Of a DNA stretch of 64,000 bases, positions 10,418 through 19,825 are shown piece by piece. This stretch comes from an uncultured Gammaproteobacteria bacterium (lineage in GTDB: Bacteria > Pseudomonadota > Gammaproteobacteria > JAURND01): contig CAWFAS010000004.1 in assembly GCA_963813895.1 (NCBI GenBank), positions 571,798 to 635,797 of the forward strand, given 5' to 3'. A model generated the notes under the pieces. That model had not been told where the DNA came from and did no database searches. It saw only the letters and a list, made by a program, of their open reading frames with translations. The position numbers and the translations under genes were made by a program. Numbering within the stretch: the first letter of the stretch is position 1; each line of letters starts with the position of its first letter.

Positions 10418-11163
10418 AGCGCACCTCTTTGAGCTGGCCAATGCTGAGCAATTTGCAAGATCCGTTCACGCAGTTCATCTTCACTCATTAAGCCATAACC
10501 AACAGGTACAGCCTGGTGAGTATAAGGATCAACCGTAAACAACGCGGGTTCTTGAGTGATATTAAAACGTTCTGATTGACCTTGATCAGCATGAGAATTA
10601 GGAAATTCAGGCAAAGCCACGCCATCGGTTGTAATAGGCACGACGCTAATTCCATAACGCTGTGAGAAATTTTTAACAATGGGCGCAAAACGTTGGCAGT
10701 AAGGGCAACTGCTGCGGTAAAAGAAAAATAACCCGCTGTGCTGAGCTAATTGTTGTATTGCTTTAGTTTCATCTTGCTGTTTCTGATCAAGATAGACTTG
10801 TTTAGCGATATTATTAGTGGGATGTTGCAATGAATAATCTAATTGTGGATAGCTTAACAACACAGCTTGCCAAGTTTTAGAGAATTGATTGGCTTGAGCA
10901 CTAATCTGGTTCTGTAATGTTATATAAGCACGCACATTTTCCGATGTTGGATTTAAAATAGCCTGGTCGAGGGAATATTTGATTTTCTGTTGCCAAGCTT
11001 CCATGATTTGCACGGGATTCATCGGCGTTACTGATGGTGTTTGATTTTCTTGTGGATCCTGGTACCAATGCCAACCAACAGAATGTTGTTCCCAATAATT
11101 ATCAGCTAACGCTGTCGAGCAAAAACCACAAAATACCATCATAAACAAAATCCATTGTTTCAT
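10414..11163 (-). CDS. traF: F-type conjugal transfer protein TraF (thioredoxin-like)
   Basis: GWHWYQDP, FFYRSSCPYCQRF. Confidence 0.92.
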   Translation of the reverse strand: MKQWILFMMVFCGFCSTALADNYWEQHSVGWHWYQDPQENQTPSVTPMNPVQIMEAWQQKIKYSLDQAILNPTSENVRAYITLQNQISAQANQFSKTWQAVLLSYPQLDYSLQHPTNNIAKQVYLDQKQQDETKAIQQLAQHSGLFFFYRSSCPYCQRFAPIVKNFSQRYGISVVPITTDGVALPEFPNSHADQGQSERFNITQEPALFTVDPYTHQAVPVGYGLMSEDELRERILQIAQHWPAQRGAL

Positions 11164-11684
11164 GGCGCATTCTCTCTCATCTTCTGCAACAAATTTTGTG
11201 CAACAGCTGCATTCTCTCCTTGCTGAGCGATAGTTTGCAGCGCATATTCCAAACTCACATCGCCATACACCACATCGTAGGGATAGATGCAGCTTTGATT
11301 TGGCAAACAGGAAGCAGATGTATCACGCACAATCACCGCAGGAACCTGGTTAATCTGATATTGCTCAAACAAACGTGGGTCTAAAATAAAACCACCTGAG
11401 CCCTCTTTAAGTAATGCATGAACCTGTGTCTGCGTTTTTTGAAACGATTGATCGACTAAACCCCGGATTACGATAGGCGCTTGTATTTTTTCAGCTTGGT
11501 TAAACCACTGTGTTAAACTAGCTGGCGGCATAGAAAATGAGACAAAAATTAACACGGAGTCATTCGCACTATACCCAGAAGGATCAGCAGTTGGATCAGA
11601 AAAGGCTTTCAGGGTGACTGAAACCAAAATCAGCCCAATAACAAGGCTTGTTAAATGGTATTTGATTAGAGACATAATATTCAT
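11160..11684 (-). CDS. trbC: F-type pilus assembly protein TrbC
   Basis: LIFVSFSMP, IRGL, DPRLFEQYQINQVPA. Confidence 0.9.
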   Translation of the reverse strand: MNIMSLIKYHLTSLVIGLILVSVTLKAFSDPTADPSGYSANDSVLIFVSFSMPPASLTQWFNQAEKIQAPIVIRGLVDQSFQKTQTQVHALLKEGSGGFILDPRLFEQYQINQVPAVIVRDTSASCLPNQSCIYPYDVVYGDVSLEYALQTIAQQGENAAVAQNLLQKMRENAP

Positions 11685-11731
11685 GATGAATATGGAACTC
11701 CATTTTTATCAATAACTTAGAGGTGATAGCT

Positions 11732-11896
11732 ATGCAAATCGCATTTCTATTCTACGAAGGTATGACTGCATTGGATGCCGTAGGCCCACATGAGATTCTT
11801 TGTCGTTTACCGAAGGAATTGGCCATGCTGGTGGTAGAAGAATTCCTGCGATCACATAGGGTATTTTTTGAGAAGATCAGCTGTGATCATAATTGA
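11732..11896 (+). pseudogene. DJ-1/PfpI family N-terminal remnant (54 aa)
   Basis: MQIAFLFYEGMTALDAVGPHEILCRLP with GAGGTG RBS; similarity is then lost. Confidence 0.65.
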
Positions 11897-12888
11897 TCTC
11901 CAACAATTTCAATGACACCAGGTATAACCGCTTGTAATCGCAGAATCGTGGCTAAGGTCTGATTTACTTGTTCAATTCCCATAGTTTTATGTTCCGAATC
12001 TCCAGGAACACAAGAGCGCTCTATGTTATAAACTAACCAACCAATCCAACTAAATGCACCATAAATCGCTGCGATGACATGATCCTTATTAATTACACCG
12101 CCTGATTTTTGATAGGTCTCGATCATTTTAAAAAAGAGGTGCTTATCAAAATTACTGGTAATTCCGCTCCAATAAAACGCCGTGTTGATGATGTCATAAG
12201 TGGGATTGACTTTGCAGGCAGATTCCCAATCTATCAGGATTGGATTATTGTCGATATCCCACAAAACATTTTTTTGATCCAAATCACCATGGCTGACGAT
12301 AATATGTGTTTTTAGTGCCGGTATTGCCTTTTGGTACAATTCATTAGCTGCCAATATGTTTTTCTGATTTTTCCGTAAATTTTCAGCAAAAGAGCAATTA
12401 AAAGTTTCAGCCTTGTCGAATAACTCAAGAATCTTTTCGTTTGTGTGAATATAAAATTCTGGTTGGATTATTTCAGGTTCATTCAAATTAAGACCATGCA
12501 TTTTGGCGATGATAGTAGCTATTTTTAGAGCATGCTTTTCTGACACAATGTGGATGTCTAGCGCCTTTGCATCGACCCATGGATATACTAGAAAACCAGT
12601 ATCATCTATTATGAAGAGATGTTTGCCGGATTGCGCGATAGCACAAATGCCTGGGATACCTTGTGCTACAAAATGTGATGCAACTCTTTCACTCAATTCA
12701 TAGTTTTTAATGACCTGCTTATTTTTCAGATCAATGTCTTTTGATAGCTGCTTGATTGCATAAGAGCCTTTATCTGTATCAAGCCGCCACATAATGTGCA
12801 GTAAGCCACCATGTACTCTTTTTGGAAGTTTTACTGGCTGTCCAAGGTTAAAATGCTGGCTTAAATGTTTGAGATGGTTGTGGTTCAT
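11887..12888 (-). CDS. Aminoglycoside phosphotransferase (APH/choline kinase) family protein
   Basis: HGDLDQKN and IDWE motifs; resembles 46472-47488. Confidence 0.85.
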   Translation of the reverse strand: MNHNHLKHLSQHFNLGQPVKLPKRVHGGLLHIMWRLDTDKGSYAIKQLSKDIDLKNKQVIKNYELSERVASHFVAQGIPGICAIAQSGKHLFIIDDTGFLVYPWVDAKALDIHIVSEKHALKIATIIAKMHGLNLNEPEIIQPEFYIHTNEKILELFDKAETFNCSFAENLRKNQKNILAANELYQKAIPALKTHIIVSHGDLDQKNVLWDIDNNPILIDWESACKVNPTYDIINTAFYWSGITSNFDKHLFFKMIETYQKSGGVINKDHVIAAIYGAFSWIGWLVYNIERSCVPGDSEHKTMGIEQVNQTLATILRLQAVIPGVIEIVGDQL

Positions 12889-12911
12889 ATAATTGGACTA
12901 ATTTAATAAAG

Positions 12912-13889
12912 TTAAAAACTACAACAATTCCGCTTGCGCCAAATCAAATAACCATAATTCTCGGTGCTGGTTGGTGACTCTAGCGCTGAACCCCAAGTCA
13001 TCGTAGTGCGGCCGAATGGCTGGCAGCCAGTGCTAGAAGTGGTAGCTTTTGGATTCACCATCTGATAGCGATATCGAGACTTAGGCATAATTGGTTCTAT
13101 GGTAGAGCTACATAGATGGGAAGCGCTACTGTCGCTGATTTGACCCATGCGATGCAGTTTGAAGGTGAGCCGCTCACTGAGTAGCACGCTGGCTTGTACT
13201 CCGCCGATATGCTCACCAACATGTCCCGTCAATGGATACATGGCTCCTTGTGCTCCAGCGCACCAGAAAAGTTGATCATTGGGTAGACCAGTATCTGCGG
13301 CAAGTGCGTCTTCACTACAAGCCATCTGCGAGGCAAGATTGGCAAACTGGGTAGTCTCTGGATACAAGGTTAACGCTAAAGTGTCATTTCGCCAAGTGGG
13401 ATCCAATTCACTCATGTAGGTCAATGATACATCACCGCCTTCTCTACATTCACTGCTGAATTCATTCAGCATTTGCATTACGGGGTAGTTATACCAGTGC
13501 ACATGGAAGAAGCTGGTATTTTCATTGACATTATCCACGGCGACAGTGCCATCATTAGGGCTGCCACCGATTCGTATACCACCCATATTCACCAAACAAT
13601 AAGGCGATCGAGTAACGTCTACCAAAGCCATCGGCTCCCAATACCCCATGGCGGTGCCAACTTGTGGGATGGGGTTACCAGGACATATGCAAACAGGGGA
13701 ACCCGGATTAGGTGTATCTGGATTATGGCCAGATACAATCTTAGTAGAACCAATAGTGATAGGCAGTAAGCAGTCCCAACAAATATCTGTAACTGGATTG
13801 ACTAAGTGGCCCGTGCAAGGCGTAGTGCCGGCCCATGCAGAAGAGATCATCAATGTAATCACGGATGCACTTGCCAGCTTCCAGTTCAT
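12912..13889 (-). CDS. traU: F-type conjugal transfer protein TraU
   Basis: NPVTDICWDCLLPITIG, YWEP, ELDPTW, WRKRNCC. Confidence 0.93.
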   Translation of the reverse strand: MNWKLASASVITLMISSAWAGTTPCTGHLVNPVTDICWDCLLPITIGSTKIVSGHNPDTPNPGSPVCICPGNPIPQVGTAMGYWEPMALVDVTRSPYCLVNMGGIRIGGSPNDGTVAVDNVNENTSFFHVHWYNYPVMQMLNEFSSECREGGDVSLTYMSELDPTWRNDTLALTLYPETTQFANLASQMACSEDALAADTGLPNDQLFWCAGAQGAMYPLTGHVGEHIGGVQASVLLSERLTFKLHRMGQISDSSASHLCSSTIEPIMPKSRYRYQMVNPKATTSSTGCQPFGRTTMTWGSALESPTSTENYGYLIWRKRNCCSF

Positions 13890-14509
13890 AATTTAGCCTC
13901 AGTTATCTTAAGCTGCTTTCCTTCCTGCACAACCAGTGCGGGTAGATGGGTAATATTCAATCGCGTTACTAAATGCCCCCCTTGATCAAAGTACACCTGT
14001 TTCTGAAAATTCTGCATTTGTTCAGAAATGGAACCGTTCACGAGAATTAGTTTGGTTTTCCCTCGGTATTGCTGATCCATCTGTTGCGCCCATGCCACTT
14101 GCTGAGGGTTGCCGCCATCGTAAAAAATTAATGCGTTAGACCAGGTCAATGTATCCAATGGATTAAATCGGGAACCATTGGCTTTGATGAGATGATTGTG
14201 GTTATCATGGATATCATATGGGAGGATCATAGTGGGATCGTAAAGCCAACTCCTGGTCTCCTGGGCAGGGGTTAATCCACTCACGGGTGTTGGCCTATCG
14301 GCGTAAGTTCGCAAAGTGGCGACTTGTTGTTCTTGCCACTTCGCCCATTCGCCACTTTGGATTTTTTGCTGCACTTCAGCTTGAATGGCCTGTAAAAAAT
14401 CTTGCTCAGCAATGGGGTAAGTTGCGCCAACAGTCCCCAAATTTTTTGCTGATACGATAAATGGTAGAAAGAGTAGCAACCAACCTACCCAATATTGCCT
14501 TTTAACCAT
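13886..14509 (-). CDS. traW: F-type conjugal transfer protein TraW
   Basis: KNLGTVGATYPIAEQD, G.RFNPLD, YFDQGG.L. Confidence 0.92.
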   Translation of the reverse strand: MVKRQYWVGWLLLFLPFIVSAKNLGTVGATYPIAEQDFLQAIQAEVQQKIQSGEWAKWQEQQVATLRTYADRPTPVSGLTPAQETRSWLYDPTMILPYDIHDNHNHLIKANGSRFNPLDTLTWSNALIFYDGGNPQQVAWAQQMDQQYRGKTKLILVNGSISEQMQNFQKQVYFDQGGHLVTRLNITHLPALVVQEGKQLKITEAKL

Positions 14510-14525
14510 AAAGCATATCCTTTTA

Positions 14526-14909
14526 TTAAAAATTACGACTAATCGGCGGCAGTTGTGCTTTTAATTGTGCTTCTACTTCGGGACTTACATCTTTTGCACC
14601 GGCAATGACAGCTTCTCTGGGCAGCAAAATAACTTGTTTATTATTCGCAAAATTATGTAATGTATTCTCCAAAAGTGTTCCAAACAGCTGCACTTGCCTT
14701 TGTTTTTGCTCAGCGGGTAATTTAACCGTCACCTCGCTTTTAATAAATCGGTTAATGATGCTGGTTACATCAACAGTAACCACAGGCTTGGATGGTTCGA
14801 TCAAGTGGAATAGAATAAACAGTGCTGCTGCGCCTAACATGCTAATGAAAAACTGTGTTGTAAAATCCAGTAACTTGGCTCTACTTAGCTTAGGAAGATC
14901 CAATGCCAT
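14526..14909 (-). CDS. trbI: F-type conjugative protein TrbI
   Basis: Single TM, VVTVDV, VILLPREAVIAGAKDVS; position before traW. Confidence 0.8.
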   Translation of the reverse strand: MALDLPKLSRAKLLDFTTQFFISMLGAAALFILFHLIEPSKPVVTVDVTSIINRFIKSEVTVKLPAEQKQRQVQLFGTLLENTLHNFANNKQVILLPREAVIAGAKDVSPEVEAQLKAQLPPISRNF

Positions 14910-15048
14910 AGGGGTACTCCTTTATGGAAAACTTGATTAAAATGTGATTTAAATGGCAACTTTGCCCATCTTAAGCTGCCTGCTGATCATCCTTTGTCGC
15001 AACATATTTTTTATCGACTACCAATTGATGAATATTTGAAGGTGAAAA

Positions 15049-15567
15049 ATGAGTGAATTGATTATTCGGGAACCGAGAATGTCAGATGAAGAAGCTTTTA
15101 TTGCTGCTATGCAACGTAGCCAGAATTTACATTTTCCTTGGGTAAAATCACCTCAAACTAAAGAGGAGTTTGAAAAATATCTCCAACGCTCACAACTTGT
15201 CAATCAAAAATCTTTCTTAGCATGCGGTATTTCAGGAAATATTGTGGGTGTATTCAATATCAATGAAATTGTTTTAGGGTTATTTCAGAGTGCATACCTA
15301 GGATTTTATTCGGTTAGTGATTATGCTGGTCAAGGGTATATGAATCATGCGTTAAAGTTAGTTTTAAGAAATATTTTTGAAGAAATGAAATTACATCGAA
15401 TTGAAGCTAACATCCAACCTAAAAATATCCGATCAATAAACTTAGTAAAAGCGAATGGTTTTTCTAAAGAAGGTTTTTCTCCTCGATATTTAAATATCAA
15501 TGGTGTGTGGTGTGACCATGAGCGTTGGGCATTGACCTACGAGGACTGGATTCAGTGCAAATCCTAA
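15049..15567 (+). CDS. RimJ/RimL-type GNAT acetyltransferase
   Basis: SAYLGFY, GQGYM, LHRIEANIQPKN.RS, GFSKEG, DHERW. Confidence 0.9.
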   Translation: MSELIIREPRMSDEEAFIAAMQRSQNLHFPWVKSPQTKEEFEKYLQRSQLVNQKSFLACGISGNIVGVFNINEIVLGLFQSAYLGFYSVSDYAGQGYMNHALKLVLRNIFEEMKLHRIEANIQPKNIRSINLVKANGFSKEGFSPRYLNINGVWCDHERWALTYEDWIQCKS

Positions 15568-15628
15568 AGCACCACTTCATAGAAACCTTTAATTAGGTTT
15601 TAAACAAATTCAACCAAGAGAATCGCAT

Positions 15629-16351
15629 ATGCCAATAAAACCGGTTTTTAATCAATTAGCGCCTTATTACGATCTAATTTATGCCTGGAAGGACTACCAG
15701 AAAGAAGCCAATAGAATTAAATCTCTAATAAAAAAATATAAAAAATCTGATGGCAATGATTTGCTGGAGGTCGCCTGTGGCACAGGAAAACATACACAAT
15801 ACCTGAAAGATGATTTTTTGATTCTGGGCACGGATGCAAATAAATCCATGCTAACAATTGCTCAAAAGAGCAATCCAGATGTGAAGTTCAAGCAGGTGGA
15901 TATGGTCAAAATGGATTTGAGTAATACCTTCGATGCGATTATTTGTCTTTTCAGTTCGATTGGATATGTAAAGACATATAAAAACCTTAGCGCCACCATT
16001 AAAAATTTTTCGCAGCACTTGAATAAAGGAGGTGTAGTTATTATAGAGCCTTGGTTCACAGAATCCGCTTATATTACTGGATTACCCAGCATGACTATTC
16101 ATGATGGCAAGGATATAAAAATTGCCAGACTCTGCGTCTGTAAAAAACGTGGCATTCTGTCTGTCATGGATATGCACTACCTTATCGCGGAAAAGAACCA
16201 AACTATGAAACATTTTATCGAACGGCATGAGCTTGCCATGTTTGATGTGGACAAAGTACTCAGTATCATGGAGAAAAATAGCCTGAAAGCTCAGTTTTTA
16301 AACAATGGTTTAATGAAAGATCGCGGTTTATATATTGGTGTAAAGAAATAA
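15629..16351 (+). CDS. Class I SAM-dependent methyltransferase (DesVI/TylM1-like)
   Basis: LLEVACGTG, FDAIICLFSSIGY, GGVVIIEPWF. Confidence 0.85.
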   Translation: MPIKPVFNQLAPYYDLIYAWKDYQKEANRIKSLIKKYKKSDGNDLLEVACGTGKHTQYLKDDFLILGTDANKSMLTIAQKSNPDVKFKQVDMVKMDLSNTFDAIICLFSSIGYVKTYKNLSATIKNFSQHLNKGGVVIIEPWFTESAYITGLPSMTIHDGKDIKIARLCVCKKRGILSVMDMHYLIAEKNQTMKHFIERHELAMFDVDKVLSIMEKNSLKAQFLNNGLMKDRGLYIGVKK

Positions 16352-16366
16352 CGGCTTTCAACATGA

Positions 16367-18868
16367 TCATCTTTGTTTGAACCGTTTTTCTGTTATGGCT
16401 GCGATAGCATCTTTCAGAGATAAACCTTGTGCTTGTAATTGTTTAACTGCTTCAAACTCTTCACCTTTAGATGAATAAAGAATCCGTGAATAAGGATCTA
16501 AAACAATGCGATGGAGTGATAATCCCTGCGGGCTTTTAATCACACATTCGGAATAATCATCTGTTTTTTTCAAGTCTTTAAATAAGCGCTCAGTATAAGC
16601 ATCCATATTCAGGCGTTTAGCTGCTTTTAGCTGATCAATGCTTTCCGTTTTTTGTCCTAAAATCAGGTTGTAATCGGAGTTTTCATACGCGGCAATGGCA
16701 GTGGCATTTTTAAAATAATCATTGATGGATTGAGTAATCGTAACAAAATTAGCATTGTAGCGTCGTGCTCTACGATAGCCGGTTTCGATAAATTTAGCTG
16801 CACCTTCATTATCACCATCCAACAAATCCCAGGCTTCATCGATCACACAGGATTTAGTTTGTGTGCGAGAACCTAAATACATACGCTCAGAGATTTGGTA
16901 CATCAACACCAGTAATACGATTTTTTGGAGATCTTTTTTGGCTTTGAGTTCTTCCAATTCTAAAACCACCAAAGGATTCTCAAAATTCAACGTGCAACGT
17001 CCTTCAAAATATTTACCGTACATGCCATCTTGGGTATAGGTGTATAGTAAATGTCCCAGACGTTCGCAAATTTCATTGTGCTGTTGCGATAACCAGTTGG
17101 CAACCTGGGTAATACTGGCTTGATTACCACACTCTGTCCACGCTGCTTTTAGGGCTTTTTCTAAATAAGTCATTTCTTCATCGGTAACGTTACCGTTGGG
17201 TCTTGCCATCGCTGCTAATAGAGGCTTTAGAATTTCAAGCGAATCATCAAAAGATTGGATGAACGTGAATGGGTTTAATGAAATGTGACTATCAGTCTTG
17301 AATTCAATAAACTCTCCGCCGAGGATATGGCAGGTTTTCTCATAAGAACGGCCGACATCGATCACCCAAACTCTGCCGCCAGAACCTAATAAGGCCACAA
17401 TGTATTCTTGCGTCAGCACAGATTTACCGCTACCCGATTTAGCAGCAATAGCCACATTATAATTACCGTCGGGATTATCAAAAGGATTCCAGATGGCGAT
17501 TTGACCTCGTCGACCTGGCAACAGTAAGCTTGGCCGTTGCATCCCTTTCCATTCACCCTGTAGTGGTAATAGGTTAGCAGCCGCGAAGGCATTGATTGAG
17601 CGCAGGCGACCAAATAGGCGTAGATCATCATACAATCCTTCACTCATCATCATGGGCAACATCGCAAGCCAAGATTGAAATTGCAAGAATGCTTCTTTGC
17701 GCAGTTTCCAGCCATTGGCGCGATACAGATCCCGCACTTTACGCTCGGCGGCGTTAGCTTGTTCTGGTTGCGCATAAATAACCACTTGATAAAACACTTT
17801 TACCAAGCGATCACCTTCTGCCAACCGGTCACGGATAAACGCCCAATCCTGATATTCCTGACGGATGGTGGGTTTAAATTTAGCCAGTGGACTTTTCGCT
17901 GTAGAATCTTTATTGAGGAAATGCATTTGTGCACGAGAGCTGGATTTTTCCTGATCTAATGGTCGTACATGAAAGCTAATTAAGAATGGGCATGGAATTT
18001 GCAAAGCGCTATTGAATAATTGGCCTAAATTTTCGCCCATCAACCATTGCGTCATTGTCTGTGGAAAATCGCGCACGGTAAAACAGCGCACTGCCCAATC
18101 TTCATGTTCGCTCTGTAATTTTAATTGGTTAGGATGCACTGTCAGCTGATATTCGGGATCTGTCATTTGTAGCGATAATGCATCTAATTCATGCCAAGCT
18201 TGCTGTGCTGCGTAGCAGGAAGTAGAAGGGTTTAACAAATCCGTCATCAGACTAAGAAAATTCTCAATCGGGATATTGCGACTGACCACTTGTAACGAGC
18301 GCAGCGAACTGCTGATATCCTCTCGCACCTGCATTAAAGATTCGGTACTTTCCTGATTTTTATGTGGCATCGACACCACCAGATGCAGGCGAAAGTCCCG
18401 CAAGACGAAATTACCGTCAGAAGCTATGGATTTTAATGTCCCGCTTTTTAAGAATTCAGCCCGCTTTTGCGCCAACCAAGAAAATATGCCACTATGTTGA
18501 GAGCGTTCCATCGCAAAAGCATCAATACTGTCGCCGATTTTGTCGGAAGCCCATAACAGGCACTGCATATCGGCTGAAGTAGGCAAGACATCAGTAAGCA
18601 AACTGGCTAAAATCTGTACTGTTTGTTCACTGGCTCCGGTGAGTGGGGCTACTTCTAATATAAATCCCTGGCTTTTTTTGTTATAAAAGATCTGTGTATC
18701 GGGATTGTAGGTTTCATAGGGTAACAAACTAGACAGAGGGTATTGGTCAAAGAAATCACCCAGCAGGTGGGATGGCGGTGTTTTTTTACTGACACCAAAT
18801 TGGATGGACTCTCCCAACCAGCCAGCGATTGTTTCTTTCCAGTCGGAAAAGTTAAACCAATCTTTCAT
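16367..18868 (-). CDS. traC: F-type T4SS ATPase TraC (VirB4 family)
   Basis: Walker A AKSGSGKS, VIDVGRSY, Walker B CVIDEAW, TGYRRARRY. Confidence 0.95.
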   Translation of the reverse strand: MKDWFNFSDWKETIAGWLGESIQFGVSKKTPPSHLLGDFFDQYPLSSLLPYETYNPDTQIFYNKKSQGFILEVAPLTGASEQTVQILASLLTDVLPTSADMQCLLWASDKIGDSIDAFAMERSQHSGIFSWLAQKRAEFLKSGTLKSIASDGNFVLRDFRLHLVVSMPHKNQESTESLMQVREDISSSLRSLQVVSRNIPIENFLSLMTDLLNPSTSCYAAQQAWHELDALSLQMTDPEYQLTVHPNQLKLQSEHEDWAVRCFTVRDFPQTMTQWLMGENLGQLFNSALQIPCPFLISFHVRPLDQEKSSSRAQMHFLNKDSTAKSPLAKFKPTIRQEYQDWAFIRDRLAEGDRLVKVFYQVVIYAQPEQANAAERKVRDLYRANGWKLRKEAFLQFQSWLAMLPMMMSEGLYDDLRLFGRLRSINAFAAANLLPLQGEWKGMQRPSLLLPGRRGQIAIWNPFDNPDGNYNVAIAAKSGSGKSVLTQEYIVALLGSGGRVWVIDVGRSYEKTCHILGGEFIEFKTDSHISLNPFTFIQSFDDSLEILKPLLAAMARPNGNVTDEEMTYLEKALKAAWTECGNQASITQVANWLSQQHNEICERLGHLLYTYTQDGMYGKYFEGRCTLNFENPLVVLELEELKAKKDLQKIVLLVLMYQISERMYLGSRTQTKSCVIDEAWDLLDGDNEGAAKFIETGYRRARRYNANFVTITQSINDYFKNATAIAAYENSDYNLILGQKTESIDQLKAAKRLNMDAYTERLFKDLKKTDDYSECVIKSPQGLSLHRIVLDPYSRILYSSKGEEFEAVKQLQAQGLSLKDAIAAITEKRFKQR

Positions 18869-18930
18869 GATGCATATCTCAATTTGTAGTTTGTGGTGTG
18901 GAATATTATTTATTTAAAATCGGAGCTTTT

Positions 18931-19365
18931 ATGAAAACACTTACTGGACGTTGCCTTTGCGAAGCTATTACTTACGAAATCACAGGACAACTCGGCCCAA
19001 TTGTGAATTGTCATTGCTCGAAATGTCGGCGTTGGCATGGTGCTGCGTTTAGAACACGTGCCTCTGTTAAAAAAGATCAATTTAAATGGGTAGCAGGCGA
19101 ACAACTTTTGTCCAAATATCCAGTTTCAGAAAATGCTATTCACACATTTTGTTCGATTTGCGGTTCTTGTTTGGTTACGTTTTACAAGAATCCACCGGAT
19201 TTGATTCGCCTACCTTTGGGTGGTTTGGAGCAAGATCCAGGCTCTCGTCCTGAGGCTAATATTTTCGTGGGTTCTAAAGCACCCTGGTATACGATTTGTG
19301 ATGGATTGCCTCAATATACGAACAGACCAGAATCAGATGCTAACGTTTCTTTAGAAAAAAAGTAA
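18931..19365 (+). CDS. GFA (CENP-V-like) family protein
   Basis: GRCLCEAI, CHCSKCRR, FCSICGS zinc motifs. Confidence 0.88.
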   Translation: MKTLTGRCLCEAITYEITGQLGPIVNCHCSKCRRWHGAAFRTRASVKKDQFKWVAGEQLLSKYPVSENAIHTFCSICGSCLVTFYKNPPDLIRLPLGGLEQDPGSRPEANIFVGSKAPWYTICDGLPQYTNRPESDANVSLEKK

Positions 19366-19399
19366 ATATGTAGTTTTATCGATGACAATGTCACAAATC

Positions 19400-19816
19400 T
19401 CAGTTAACTGTTGAAGTGGAAATATTTGCCCATTGTCCTGGTTTAACTACACTATAGAGTGTGCCAGGCTGATGATAATTACCATCTTGGTCTTCATAGG
19501 GCGCGATCCAAATGCGCATCACGGTTTCTGGTTGGCGCAGCCATTCAGGATTCGCAAAGGAGCCGCTCTTACTTGCGAATGTACCAACCTGATTTTGAAT
19601 GGTTGCAGTTGTGAGATTGGAATTTCCTACAGTTCTTTTTGCACCAACCTTACCTTGGTCAATCATCGTATTTACCTGATCCAGGCTATTGCATTGCACG
19701 CCAGGTTGCATTGGGCAGCTGAAATTAGAGTTCAGGCCAGTACATCCGGTTAACATGAATGAAAATATACAGGCGCAGAAAAATAACTGTTTTTTAAAAA
19801 GTGATGATGCAGTCAT
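19400..19816 (-). CDS. traV: Conjugative lipoprotein TraV
   Basis: Lipobox LTGC, FSCP..G..C.SLDQVN, RIWIAPYED. Confidence 0.9.
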   Translation of the reverse strand: MTASSLFKKQLFFCACIFSFMLTGCTGLNSNFSCPMQPGVQCNSLDQVNTMIDQGKVGAKRTVGNSNLTTATIQNQVGTFASKSGSFANPEWLRQPETVMRIWIAPYEDQDGNYHQPGTLYSVVKPGQWANISTSTVN

Positions 19817-19825
19817 GGCAGTTTC

